A stretch of 63,224 nucleotides of DNA, the filler included, from Reticulomyxa filosa (taxonomy: Eukaryota > Protista > Foraminifera), in NCBI GenBank assembly GCA_000512085.1. It is 18 parts of 18 records of this genome, joined end to end, with 100 filler letters (N's around TTAATTAATTAA, not from the genome) between each part and the next. Parts side by side here need not be neighbours in the genome. Positions count along the whole stretch, not along the records: positions 40,379 to 53,779 come from ASPP01024609.1; positions 53,880 to 55,529 come from ASPP01010348.1; positions 55,630 to 56,837 come from ASPP01021624.1; positions 56,938 to 58,155 come from ASPP01000542.1; positions 58,256 to 59,434 come from ASPP01045820.1; positions 59,535 to 61,948 come from ASPP01026780.1; positions 62,049 to 63,224 come from ASPP01032916.1; 11 more parts are not named here. One strand, 5' to 3'. The translations under genes and the position numbers were made by a program. The notes below the pieces were generated by a model, which saw only the letters and a program-made list of their open reading frames with translations, was not told the DNA's origin and made no database searches. Below, one piece after another: positions 50,501 to 63,224 of the stretch; positions within the stretch are counted from its first letter, which is position 1; each line of letters opens with the position of its first letter.

Positions 50501-53500
50501 GGCTGCACAGTGGAAAGCCAATTGCGAAACTGCGTCCTGTTTGCCTTGGGTTCCGTATTTTTTTACATGGTCCAATGCCTTTCGGATCACTACTTTGTAG
50601 TCCACTCCACTCTTGGTCAGACACGATACGTCCAGTCGATGGTATTGCACTGCGAACAGTCGATATGCGCATTCCAACTCCAACAGCTGCAAACGAACGT
50701 TGTCGTGGTCCTTGGTTCGATCCGGCCCGTTGGGATACTTGAGAATGATGTCGAACAATCGTTTGGCGTTTTGATTGAAAAAGTCAGATACGACTGGCAA
50801 TGGCGCTGATTCCAATAATGGCACACATAAACACTCCACCATCCATCGTCGTGCGTTGTCCAATGGGTCAAAGTCGTATGACGAATCAAAAAACAGTTCA
50901 ATAGCTCGGACCAAAAATTGGGAACATTTTTCTCGGTGCAATGGGTGAATCAGGTTTGAAAACAACATATCCAACTTATTGTTAATCTCCGTTTGATGCT
51001 TGTGTTTCTTCTCTCGGACTATTGGAACCAACGTTTCCAACAAATCAAAAGATTCGCTACATACCAACGTGTTCAGCAAACTGTCCAACCGACATTTGTA
51101 ATTCTTCCATTCGTTGCTCACTTTCGAGTCAAATGCGGTCGTGGACTTTGAAGGAAACGAATGGGCGATCATGCGTTTCAATGACGTGGCAATTTTAATG
51201 GGCCATTTTTTTGAGGCTTTGAAAAACAGTGGCAACATCTCTAGTGCTTGCATTTGAGCAATCACATCCGTGTCGTTTTCCAATGCCTTGCATTGAATAG
51301 ATAACACAAATGGTAATACTTTATTGTTTGTGTCGCTTTCATTGTCCAATATTGAATTACCACACAATGACAAATATTGTCGGATTATTGCCAAATGAAT
51401 TAATGTGTTTTCTTCATTCTCATTACTGTCAAACACCTTTGAGTCTTTCGAAAAGTAATCCATTATCGCAGATAGAAATTCTTTCGATTGTTTTTTATTT
51501 CGGCTTTCACTCACTATATGCTTTAAAACCGTTGTCAATATCACCAACAATTGTTTCTGCTTACAATCTTTATCTGTTTCCAATTTTTTTTTTTTTTTAT
51601 TGGTTGCAAAAAAAAAAAAAAAAATTTGCATGAGATAATTAAAGTGTAATACGAAAGGTATTAATTTTTCATGTTGCTCTTACCAAGTTGTTTCAACACG
51701 ATTTCAGCAAAAGACTGAAAGTTTCTCAAAAAATAGGAATCGAACACTCGAAAATAACGTGAATAAAACACCAATCCTTTGGCATTTTGACTGTTCTTGG
51801 AAGATGATATATCACTTATCTTTATCTTTTTAACACAGACAATAGTTTTTTCTTTTTTTGTTGAGTCAATATATTTTTTGGAAATAAACAACAAAAAGTA
51901 CATACAAAATCTGTTTGTCCCAAATCCAAAAGCTCTTCATCTAGTTCTTTTTTTTCTTTTTTTTCATTCAAAGGTGCTTCGTCTGTTTACGTATACCGTG
52001 AATGTGTTGAAGACACATGTTTCAAACTCACTGTCAACCAATCACATTACATACCAGTCAAACAAACGGGAGTGTCGTCGATGAAATGCGACACCAACTT
52101 GGTGCAGGAATACCCCAGCCTCAAACCCAAGCTCAGCATGCCAGAAGTGATTTTAACATACGTTGGTGCCAAGGATTGACAACACAATGCAAAAACTTGT
52201 TGACACAATTGTTCTGCAGTTTTCTCTTTTCTGTACATATATATATATATATATATATATGTATACATATATATGTACATATTTTTTTGTTTTATAAAAA
52301 AGAAAAAACATACGAAGTGTCAAGTGCTTCAGATAACAATCCACTTGTCTTTGCAATGATTTGTAGCCCTTTCAACAACAAGACCGATTGTCCGGGCACT
52401 TTAAAAAAGTTTGTGGTTGTCCATGTGCTTGGAACCAATCCCAAGCCTTTGTTGTTTTTATCTTTCGGAGTGCTGAGCAGCCCATTCAAATACTTTTTCA
52501 GGATCTTGACCAAATAGCCCCTTATTGTGTCTTGCTTCGTTAACGAGCGTAAGATTGCGCCAAGACTTTGCTGCAGCTGTTTGATACGCAAAGGGTCTTC
52601 GTCCAAAAAGCCGGTGGCTTCGGGAACACACAAGCTGTCCAACAAGGACGTATAAAGCAACGTATTGGTAAGTATCTCTTTGCTAATGCGAATCAGCGAG
52701 TGCTTCATAATCATTTCCGTAAATCGAAACAGTCGACTGTTTACTTCACAAAGCAACTTTCCTGCTTTCGCTTTCAAGTACTGATCACTCGTCAAACACG
52801 CTTTGCGCAACAAATGCAAATGGTCCAAGAAGTGCTTGCAAGCCTTGATTATGTGAGCACGCCAGTACTCGTTTTCAAACACTTTGTACACAACGCGAAT
52901 ATCCCCCAACACATTTTTGCAAATCAGCCAATAATAGCAATCCAAAGAGGTCGATAAGTTTTCCATCCAATGGCAGTACAATCGCAGCTGTCGCTCCAAA
53001 GTTGTTCCATCTCCGGTTTTTGTTTCGGAAAAATTTGGAGGGTTTGACAAAGTACTTTTTGTGTTGTTGCGATCAAACTCTCGACCGCCTTTTATTATTT
53101 ATCGTTTAGAATATGAATTATTGAAAATAAATCAAAATGTATGTAATGCATACCTTCAAAAACTTGGACAATGTAGCCTTCCTTGTTTTGTTGCAGAACA
53201 GCCTCAAACCAACTGGAAATGGAGCCAGCGCAAGCTCTTTGATTTGGAGGGTTAGCCACCACTGACAATGATTCAACCAAAAGCATGCATTGGCGACGAC
53301 AAGCGGTTTCCACTCGACCGAGGTTTTCAAATAGCCACTATGCAAATTATTTTCCATCATCATCATCATCATCATCATCATCCCACACAGTCCAAAAAAA
53401 AAAACAAAAAAAGGTAGTCACCTCCACAAAATGTGCCAAATCCTTGCAGCTGTCTCCTCCTTGTCGTTGTTTGTCAATCTTATTCAATAACTGGGCGCAC

Positions 53501-53743
53501 CCATGTTTTTGATGTGTGATCATCTTTTCAAAGTGCTCCACACATCGACGAGTTTCATCTCTGGACCACAACAAACACGTCATTTTTTTTGTGTACAAGT
53601 ATTTTTGCAATGAAGAAAAAAAAAAAGTCTCGAAACATGGTGTTAACACCCAAAGTGTCATGATGTGCAATAGCTAAGCTTTCAATCAATTGGGTCAATA
53701 TTTCCAAAACGAAATGTGATACTAACTTTTCTTCTTCTCTTAA
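41580..53743 (-). CDS. PRKDC: DNA-dependent protein kinase catalytic subunit, 5'-partial, many exons
   Basis: DNA-PKcs-specific motifs in the right order: LREEEKLVSHFVLE, ETACRRQC, ELDRLN...MPEWM, TPMF...ATQQ, YRKGELPDI, EMPGQY...SLRRPKRIIIR...LVKGGEDLRMDQR, GIGDRHLDN...IDFG and the FATC end QVECLIDHAMD...TWQGWSSWV*. One frame break near 42787. Confidence 0.96.
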
Positions 53744-53879
53744 CTTTTGTCATACATGTACACATATATGTACATATATNNNNNNNNNNNNNNNNNNNNN
53801 NNNNNNNNNNNNNNNNNNNNNNNTTAATTAATTAANNNNNNNNNNNNNNNNNNNNNNNNNNNNNNNNNNNNNNNNNNNN

Positions 53880-54447
53880 GATGATGATGAAGAGAAGGAC
53901 GAGGAAGAGGACACTACAAAGGGGGAGACATTACAAGGTAGCTTCTTCAACGGTGGCAGTGTCTCATTAAAATTATCACGAGTTATTGCGAGCAGAAAAG
54001 TTGCAACTTCTATCGCATATCCTGTGTTTGCTTGCACTTGCAATGCATCCATTTTTTGTGAGGATAATATCTGTTGTGTGAACTGATGATTGGAATTGAC
54101 CTCTTCCACACTTGTATTGACATTTGCATTTGTATTTGTATTTGTATTGATGTTGGTTTGGATATCTCCATCTTCATTGATATTTGTATCTTCATTGGAT
54201 GATCCATCATAATGATGATGATGAGGGTGATGATTAAATACAATCAATGGCATCTCCTCGTTACACCCAATATTTTTCAAGGGCACTTTTTCGGGTTCGA
54301 TTAATAGTCTATGATTGCACACAAACACCGCATTTTCGAATCCTAGAAATTTCTTTTGCCACAACTCGAGCAGCGTACTGTCCGTCGATGTCGTCACTGT
54401 AAAGTAGGATACACGTTTATTACTGACAACGACCATTGGAACTTCCA

Positions 54448-54488
<41 letters not shown>

Positions 54489-54921
54489 AATACATTTTTG
54501 GTAAACACTTTTTGCATTCTGAGTCCAACTGAACTGGTAGACTTGGCAAAGACCGTCTCTTCAAATGCTTTATTCTTTGCTGATGGGATAGCTTGCTTTC
54601 GATTGATGGTGGGGGACAAAATGTACGCATGTGCTCAACATGCTTTAAAATTTCACTCAAATCACTGACATTGCGTGCTGCACTTTTCCTTGGTGAGTCT
54701 TTTGGCGAGACTAACACTTCCGCTGCTGAGCGCGGTGGAGTTTCACTGGCGTCCACATTTTCGGCTAGAACATTTCGTAAAAAAAAAAAAAAAGAAAGCA
54801 CTGTTTCTGTTTCTCAAGAGCTCAGAAACACACTAACACAAATACTTTTTTTGTGCAATTTGGCTTTAAGCTCAGTGAGTAGTGGAGATTTCGGTAACAT
54901 AGTGCTATTTGATTTTGACAT
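53880..54921 (-). CDS. Hypothetical protein with possible ubiquitin-like domain, 3'-partial
   Basis: ATG at 54921. The segment VEVPMVVV...FTVTTSTDSTLLEL...AVFVCNHRLL...PLKNIG...LIVF fits a beta-grasp pattern. Confidence 0.4.
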
Positions 54922-55629
54922 TTTTAAATAATCTTTTTTCCCAGTATTTTACCGTGTCAAAAATTCAACCGTTGTGTAATTTTCTTTTTCAAGTTTTGAG
55001 TTTGTTTAGAAACAACGCGTTTGTATTGATCACAAAAAGAAGGCGTTTAAAAAAATCAATATGTACATATATAACTTGCGGAAAATCACATTATTGTAGC
55101 GGTAAAAAATTTTTTCAACTACTTTTTATTTGTGAATAACAACAGTATGAAAAATCAAAAGTATTATTATATGCAATAATAATCATACACAAATCATCGA
55201 ATAAACACTACTAATTTCAAGTAAATCAGTTCGCAAAAAAAAATAACAAAACATCGACAAACAAAAAAAATTGAAATGAAATTTTTTAAAAAATTCAAAT
55301 ATTTGCATTTCAAATTTTTTTGGGTTCAACTTTGTGTTTGAATCAAATTATTTTTTTTACTTGTTGTATTTACGTATTCAAAAATTAATTTCATTTCTAC
55401 ATTTTTTGGCAATAAAACATTTTAATGTTTTTTATAATTATTTTTCAAAAATCAAATTAAATTTTTAGTATGTGTTGTATTTTTATTTATTTCTCAAATA
55501 ACAAAAAAGACAAAAGTAAAAAAGTAAGTNNNNNNNNNNNNNNNNNNNNNNNNNNNNNNNNNNNNNNNNNNNNTTAATTAATTAANNNNNNNNNNNNNNN
55601 NNNNNNNNNNNNNNNNNNNNNNNNNNNNN

Positions 55630-56384
55630 TCAATGTAACCAGTCAAATACTATAATTTTCGTTTTTACCATTTATTGGTTTACGTATTTCAAAAAAATCG
55701 TCAACGTATAAAAATATATATATTAACCTGATAACGGAAGTACGCACCCATCAAACTCAAGGCACCAACAGCACGTGAGGCCCATGCACCAAGCATTTCA
55801 TGTCCAAATGCAGAAGCAATCAATATCGACGGTGCATATATCAAAAACGATTCTTTACAATTTTCCTTTTTTAAAAAAAAAAAAAAAAAATCAAAGTGGA
55901 TCTGTGTTTCTTTTCCTCTTTTTTTTTTTCCTCTTTCATTTCTCTCTTTCAATCTTTCAGAAAGATTGAAAAAAAAAATCACACACAAAACTTGAGCACT
56001 GAAAGTTCGGTACCATAATTGCACTTTTTGTGGGTCAGTTCCTTGAGGAGGGTCACAGCTTGGGGCCATAATGCTCAACTGGCTTTTTAATTCTCCCACT
56101 TTGGAAATGCTACTTGCCACAACCGCAGAATGGGCCAAAAGTCCCAATGCAGGAAGGGCCAAATCTGCAACAGCAGAGAAAGTCGGGGTAGTGTAATAAA
56201 ATTTTATTCCCCAGACAACTGTGATGCCGCCCAACATTCCGGTATACGTAATTATGTCCGTCCATTCATACGTTGAATTATTAAATACTCTGTTTTTTTT
56301 TTTTTAAGTGGAGAAAAAAAAACAAAAGATATGAACACTTGAAAAAAAAAATAGGCAAACATCGACGAAACGTTGTAAGGCCAT
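55630..56384 (-). CDS. MAPEG family membrane protein (MGST2/LTC4S-like), 3'-partial
   Basis: Removing intron 55991-55866 gives YRTFSAQ-ENCKESFLIY (MAPEG RAQxNxxE motif). The next splice gives FRYQ-YLTGY. The start codon is uncertain. Confidence 0.72.
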
Positions 56385-56533
56385 CACCTATCGAAATCAA
56401 TAAACACAAGTACGTATACACACATATATACGTTTAATCCAGATTTTTTCTAACACTCCCTTTCGCTCTGTGTTTTACGTACTGACACGCGCACTAGTAC
56501 GTACATAAAAAATCTTTTTTCGTAGAAGAAGTC

Positions 56534-56722
56534 CTAACCGATATATCCAACAGTCATAATTTGTTGAACAATGTTGCTGTCAAAGCTGATACCTCGAAGT
56601 ATTCCTTGGTTATCCACATCCACATAAATTGCAGAAACCCATTCACCAGTTCCTAACTCAACCGTGGTTTTCGTTCCATTAGCTTTTGTGTTGTTTACAA
56701 AGATTTTCTTTTTGTGACGCAT
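56534..56722 (-). CDS. Jacalin-like lectin fragment (last exon)
   Basis: GTKTTVELGTGEWVSAIYV...LRGISFDSN...G fits the jacalin L-xx-GE-x-I...L-x-F-x-TN pattern. Confidence 0.4.
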   Translation of the reverse strand: MRHKKKIFVNNTKANGTKTTVELGTGEWVSAIYVDVDNQGILRGISFDSNIVQQIMTVGYIG

Positions 56723-57260
56723 TGTTATTTTATGTTTTCTTTCTTTTTTTTAACTTTTGTCTCCATAAGTGGCATTTGTTGCCCCCCAAAACAACTTGAA
56801 TGCACCTATTTATTCAAATAAAACCATCCATTTTTTTNNNNNNNNNNNNNNNNNNNNNNNNNNNNNNNNNNNNNNNNNNNNTTAATTAATTAANNNNNNN
56901 NNNNNNNNNNNNNNNNNNNNNNNNNNNNNNNNNNNNNTACCTTTTATTTCAATTGTTTTTTCATTATTTATAACAGTGTTTAAAATATCATTTAATTTCA
57001 TTGGTATGAAAATTTTTAATATGCAAAAATTTTGCATAAAATATTTTATTAACGATACAATTACAATATTCTGCCATTGATCAAATGATTGTATTTTCAT
57101 TTGATGATAAAACAGTGATTTATGGAATGTAAAATTAGCAAAGACTTTTGATTTTGTTGCATTACATAGATTTCTCCAACTTACGTTCAAAGTTATGATT
57201 TGCTTTCTCGTCTGATCTTTGAAAGAGAATTGAAGTAATAACATGTTGACTTATACAGTC

Positions 57261-57292
57261 TGTCTTTCAGGATTATACAATCCTGAAAGACA
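57261..57292. repeat. Perfect 14-bp inverted repeat with 4-nt loop
   Basis: TGTCTTTCAGGATT-ATAC-AATCCTGAAAGACA. Confidence 0.95.
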
Positions 57293-57399
57293 CAAACAAA
57301 GGAACAAAAAAGTTATTTGAACAAAAAATGTTTCCGCCAATCTTTTAAAAATATCAATTTGTTATCACAACTCGATAACGAAAAATCAAAATTTATTTT

Positions 57400-58155
57400 A
57401 TAATAATTTCATCAAAATCATTGACCCATCCTAACTTATCTTTAAAGTTCAAATCTAATATTAAGTAATACATTTTATTTCATTTTTTGATTGTTCATTA
57501 TTTATTATTAATACAATCAGTGTTTGATCAAAACAAATTATTATCAACTGTGAAGGATCCCATTCACACACTATAGTCTTCATGTGAGTTGGATACTTTT
57601 GTACGTTTAACATCTAGTCCTCCAATGATATGTATATGATTGTCTTCTTCACTCAATATTGCAATACAAGCATACAATGGACTGTATAAAATGTTTTGAA
57701 ATGTTATCTATTTGTTTTCTCGAATTGAATATTTGTACAATGATTTTGAACAAATATTATTTTATAATTACATCCACCAAAGAACAAAACGATATCATTG
57801 ATACGCACATATGCATAATTACTAAATAGTGCAATATTTTTACAAACAGGTAATTGATGAAATTGAAAAGTGTAATTTTGTTTATTTTTCTCTTTATTTG
57901 TTTTCATCACTGGCTTTGATACAAAATGATATTGTGTCCAATTATTAATTGTTTAATAAATTAAAATATATTTAAATCAAACAAACTAATATCCTTTAAT
58001 AGATAAGTGATAAATAATAAATGACTGTTACTTCCATCAATCACTGCACGCACTCCAAAATAATCATCATAACCTCTCCCAATGTCGATTAAACGATTGT
58101 GATTGTCTGTGGAATCAACCCATTGATTGTAATTATTCAATTCATTTGATTTGTT
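57400..58155 (-). pseudogene. Kelch-repeat family pseudogene
   Basis: YFGVRAVIDGSN, YAYVRINDIVLFFGG and EDNHIHIIGG motifs interrupted by stops and frameshifts. Confidence 0.7.
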
Positions 58156-58693
58156 NNNNNNNNNNNNNNNNNNNNNNNNNNNNNNNNNNNNNNNNNNNNT
58201 TAATTAATTAANNNNNNNNNNNNNNNNNNNNNNNNNNNNNNNNNNNNNNNNNNNNGGCAATGCATTTTTGTAAATACTACAACGGGCGCTGATGCAATCG
58301 CTTTGTCAATCAATTTTTTTGAGTTGAGTTCATTCTTTACCTACACGAACAGAAACAACTGTCGTAGCTAGTTCCAAATTTTATGGCTTTGTGGCTTTTT
58401 ATGTGGATAAAGGAACATGGGCAGCTACTAACCATCTCTTTTCTTCGGCAAGCTAAGAAATTTCAAATGGAATTTTTAAATCGAATAATCATTTTTTTTC
58501 AAAACTAGAGTTTTTTTTTATAAAAATGACGGTGTTTAATATCAATACTTTATTAGAAAGCGCAAGTGTTCACAATTAAAAAAATAATTCAAATTTTTTT
58601 TACATTTTTGCACGATAACTCGTATCCTTGTCCTTTTTGTGGTCATAAAAATTTTTCTTTCAGGGGGAAACTAGATTTTGAAAAAAGGTGAGA

Positions 58694-59200
58694 ATGGCAA
58701 TAGTAGAACCATTGACTCAGAATTTTTTATGGGCCCAAGATAAAAAGAACATCTTTGTGAAGATAGATGTAGCAGATGTGCTTAACAAAGACTTGAAAAT
58801 ACAACTAATGCGAGAAGGCCTACGTTTCGGTGTCACTTCACGAGGCAAACAGTATGGATTCACTGGAAATCGAAATTTGATTTCTAATTCAAAGACAGCC
58901 CATTATTCAATCGAAAGGATGGAGTCTTTTTTAGACAAAAGAAAAAACTTGATTGGCCAAAGAAGCATAAAGTTCTTTTTTTGTTGGTATCTACCTGTAT
59001 ACATTCACAATTCAATATTGTGTCTTTCCACTCTTAAAAAAAAAAGGGGACTTATGCAAAGTTGATTGAAAAAGTTCATGGACAAATATGACAGCGACAA
59101 AAAAGAATAACAACCAGGACTGGAAAAACACGCAACCAAGATCAACGCCAAAAGAATGAGACGAGCTGAGCGAATATGACGATATTAATGCTTTTCCAGA
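58694..59200 (+). pseudogene. p23/CS-domain co-chaperone-like, degenerate
   Basis: NFLWAQDKKNIFVKIDV...GKQYGF, then apparently missing strands and frame breaks. KVD(W)KKFMD is recovered by adding one G near 59068. Confidence 0.6.
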
Positions 59201-59534
59201 TAAAAAAAAAAAAAGATAAAGAAAATGGAAATGAAAAGAAAAATAAAAAAGAAGAAGTGAATATTGCTTCCAATGAAAGCAACAAGGAACAATAAGCAAG
59301 TGCTGCCACAACGGAAAATGAAAAATCTCAGCCTCGGCAAATCAGTGAAAACAAACGAGGTCATTTTCCAAAAAAAAAATATTTTTTTTATTCTGCTTCA
59401 TCTTCAAATCCAGACAGACATGCATTTGTGGATGNNNNNNNNNNNNNNNNNNNNNNNNNNNNNNNNNNNNNNNNNNNNTTAATTAATTAANNNNNNNNNN
59501 NNNNNNNNNNNNNNNNNNNNNNNNNNNNNNNNNN

Positions 59535-59743
59535 CTTCTTCTTCTTCTTCTTTATCAGACATTGACTCATTCCGCAGGTCTTGCTCGACCTTGGCATCAG
59601 ATAGTTCATGAGTGTTTACGGTTTGATCAGGAGCAAGTTCAGTTTTTTTGACAATTTCCTGAGATTCGTACGATGCTGCTCGTCTTATGTTTACCGTATT
59701 GACTTTGTCATTGCCTTGCTTAGAGGAGGTAGTAGCAGTAGTG

Positions 59744-59774
<31 letters not shown>

Positions 59775-61880
59775 CAGTAGTAGTAATATTGGCAGCACTC
59801 TTATTTGCTTGTGAAATATTGTTTCCAGTAACACGCTTGTCAAGAGTCGACGGTGCTGCATTGGCAGTGACTTGTTGTGAATTCGTCCAATTATTTGACA
59901 GACGATATCGACTGTGGAATTGGATAGGAAACGCATTACGTTGGAAATATTTGGCTCTCTCCCTCTGCTCTTGCGTCGAGGTCGGTGTGACTCTGGTCGA
60001 TTTCGAGTGCAATCCTGGATTGGGTCGGGTAATCAGGATTTGACTGCTGGAGTGATTTGTGCTGCGGGACAAGCGATTTCGCACGTCAATGGTCGACGCT
60101 GCTGCCGCCATCACCACCGTGCTTGTCGACGACAGTCGTTCTCGTGGAAATGCGTTTTCCCCGGAGTGCGGGTCGTATTTGCTTCTGCTATCCAATGGCT
60201 GAGTCAGCGAACTCGTTGCCGTTGTTGCTTGCTCTCGTTCTTGTAATGTTTTCATTGCCACGGCCAACTTGGCATCTATTCGATCTAAATCCGGATTCCG
60301 GGGTTGTTGTTTCTAATTTAATAATCAAATTTTTTTTTTTTTTATTTAATTTATTTGTTTAGTGTTAATGTTCTCAAGAGAAAATTCAAAGTAAAAAAAA
60401 AAAAAAAAAAAAGTTATAAAAACTTGTTGTTGATCCTTCTGTTTTTGCTTCATCGATTGCTGAAATGAATGCAACGCATCACGGACGTTCTTTGGCGAAG
60501 CAGGCTGTGACATTGAAGGCCTCTTCCCTAGCCCGGGATGATTGAGATCATTTCCATTTGTGTATACATTTATATTTGTATTTTTATTTACATTTATATT
60601 TGTATTCGTATTTGTATTTGTATTTGTATTTGTATTCGTATTTGTATTTGTATTCGTATTTGTAGTCTTTGCATTTGTAGGCTTGTCTTTGCGCATGTCA
60701 CCGTTGACATTGGAAAACAATGACAGTGGATTTGCAGACTGTCCTTGCTTGCTCGCTCGTGACTTTGACTGAGACGTAGGTATGTACCTTGGAAAGTCTT
60801 GCACTCGGGCGACGGGATTGGCGGGGCGAGAAACACCGGGCAATTGTTGCTTTTGGACGGACGACTGAGACAGTGGCACCGTTGTTCCAAATGCGTTTTT
60901 ACCTGGCGTTTGAAAGGATGACGGATCGGCATGTTTTTTCTGAGTGCTCAAAGAGAGTGAGTTGGGTGCGTCTATTAGCCCACCCGCTGTTATTGTAGCA
61001 AGAACTGCATTGGAAGGTTTCGTGTTCCATAGGTTTAAAGCCATGATTGGTTTTTGCTCTTCGTATCTCAGCAAAGGTTGAGCTGTCCCATTTATTGTTA
61101 ATTAAAAAAAAAATTTAAAAAAAAAATAATTAATAATTTTTTTTTTTTTTTTTTTTTTAAATACCCCCTACGCAAAAATGCAACATTGATTTAACTTTGT
61201 GTTCTCGAATGGCGTGACGTATCATCCTTGGCAAAAGGAAGTAAAAGTTCACCGTCACTCACAGTATTGTGCTCTCTGCTGTGCGTTTTCTTTGCCTTTG
61301 TTCTTGTTCTCGCTTTTGTCTTTCCTTTTGTTTTGGCTTTGTGCTGTTGTTGTTGTTCAATGGCATTGCACAACGCCTGGGTTATGAGACGACCCCTTTG
61401 CTCGATCGTGTCGCCTGTCACCGCCTTGTCCAAATAAGGGTGGTGATAGTCTTTCAAGAAAGAGCATCGGCGTGAAGGAGGCCTACTGTTGCGTCCTTCC
61501 GCCGGACCAGAGTTGGGCTTTGCTTTATACTCCATGCTCACCCCTTCTTCACGAACAACAACTTCATGAATGCGTCTCGCTTCGTTTCCAACACTGCTTT
61601 CCTCATCCAATCTGTTTTATTGTCACGAACAATCACAGCACATTGCATTATTATTATTATTATTATTATTTTATATTACATGTTGGCAAAGACATTATAA
61701 GCGTATGTATGTATATAAGATATATGCCCTATTTCTCAATTCAGTTTACGTGGTTGGTGTAATATCAGTGGGTCTTGTCGGATTTGGCAACGGTAACATG
61801 TCTCCATATGCGTCATACGAGTCGTCTTCGTCATCCAAATCTAATTCCATTTCTGCTTCTATTGCATTCAACCCATTTTC
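59535..61880 (-). CDS. Hypothetical low-complexity protein, internal exons
   Basis: Long S/T/N/Q-rich ORFs separated by A/T-rich introns. No domain recognised. Confidence 0.5.
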
Positions 61881-62048
61881 GTTGTGTTATTCTGTGCGTA
61901 TGTGTAATGTGTATATTTATGTGTTTCTTTTGTCTTTTTTTTTTTTTTNNNNNNNNNNNNNNNNNNNNNNNNNNNNNNNNNNNNNNNNNNNNTTAATTAA
62001 TTAANNNNNNNNNNNNNNNNNNNNNNNNNNNNNNNNNNNNNNNNNNNN

Positions 62049-62545
62049 GGGTGTGCTGAGGATGGAATCGCATAATATTGGTCGCAATACTCAAAGCTTC
62101 TTCATAATCTTGCATGAGAATCAGGATATTAATCTTCATAAATTTCAAATTCAAGGATTCTGACATGTCATCATTCAACAGCGATTCGATCATTTGTAGC
62201 AATAGATTGAGCATTTGCTCTTCATCTTGAGTGAGCACTCCGACTCCTTTGATCGACGTCGAAGAAGCGGACGAGTCTTCTCCTCCTTCGTTGGCTGATT
62301 CTGCTTGTTTGTGTTCATTGGTCTTCGATTCTATTTTTCTATATTCGTCGTGTGTCTTCCCACTGCTGCCAGTGCCAGTGCTTTGATGAGGAGATGAGTA
62401 GTACGGCTTTACCAATGCGGGGAGGAATTTGTATTCTATTGGCCAGAATCTTTCATGGATTTTTTGAATTTCGTATTGGATTATGGTAATGCGATTTCGC
62501 AACTGCCACAATTCATTGTCATTTGGATATATACTCAATGCCTCT
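62049..62545 (-). CDS. Hypothetical TPR-like protein, internal exon
   Basis: LKFMKINILILMQDYEEALSIATNIMRFHPQH fits a TPR helix pair. Confidence 0.45.
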
Positions 62546-63224
62546 GTTCATTTTTATGTTTATGTTTATGTTTATTTTTATCTTTATTTTTATCTTTATA
62601 ATTCCCTTATTTCTCTCATTTCTTTTTTCTTACTCCTTTCTTCTCCATCTATCTCTATCTGTTTTTCTTACAAACTGTCGGCAGCTTGTTTGGCTTCTTC
62701 CACACGACCTAGACATATATAACATGTAATTGCTCGGAGATGTGCCTATGTTAAAAACAAAAGCAATATGAGAATGATAACTTTTCTTTTGGTCGGTCAC
62801 ATACAACAAACAGTGCAAAGCAAAGCGTAGGGAAAAAAAAAAGGGGATGTAGAGAAACTTACTTTGCGCAATTGCGAGTCCAAATTTAATGCTCTTAGAC
62901 AATCTTTCAATGCATCTTCATATTGATGTAAAAATATATACACTGCTGCTTGGTCGGTATAAAACTCTTTTTTTTTTTTTTTTATGGCCCCCCCCCCAAA
63001 AAATTTTTATCAATGTTAATTTACAAATTTAAAAAAAAAAAAAATACCTGGGCTTTGGTGTACATCTTTTCAAAGTTGATTTCACGTATTCAATCACACG
63101 AGCACATGGAAATGGAAACCACATACACAAACAAAAGATGTGATATTTACATTACAAACGTAAAAGACACATAATTTTGGGTTGGAGATGGTGGGAATGG
63201 AATATTCAAAAAAAAAAAAAAAAA

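Noticed and set aside
23127-53743. Apparent DNA-repair or defence cluster (UBZ-AlkB, ART, caspase, DNA-PKcs)
   Set aside because: The genes lie on different contigs, so their adjacency is artificial.
59061-59075. TGA at a conserved Trp position suggesting stop-codon reassignment
   Set aside because: It is explained by one missing G. Intact genes use TGG for Trp, and TGA terminates genes (e.g. 15068-15070).

Overview
This window is not one locus. It is 18 short eukaryotic contigs joined by 17 identical artificial 100-nt spacers (N44-TTAATTAATTAA-N44), so gene neighbourhood across spacers means nothing. The DNA is AT-rich with short spliceosomal introns. The gene families (WD40, kelch, caspase-like, ART-like and Zn-domain families with much pseudogene debris) and recurrent homopolymer indels most resemble the foraminiferan Reticulomyxa filosa (inference). 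Recognisable genes: START-domain protein, UBE2K/Ubc1, amidohydrolase, 7TM-RGS, HAD protein, WD40 proteins, 3xUBZ4 protein with a probable AlkB domain, ART-like pseudogene, caspase-like peptidase, Munc13/PATROL1-like MUN+C2 protein, ECHDC3-like hydratase, a 12-kb 5'-partial DNA-PKcs and a MAPEG protein. The most striking unexplained signals are: (1) a ~450-nt densely base-paired non-coding RNA candidate at 5073-5531, with two loop-E hairpins whose loops are complementary and a long-range pseudoknot; (2) a ~95-nt Pol III-like hairpin RNA at 39176-39273; (3) a Tudor/KOW-like insertion inside DNA-PKcs; (4) introns with poly(A) rather than polypyrimidine 3' tracts and self-complementary ends. All calls come from reading the sequence by eye; no searches or folding programs were run.
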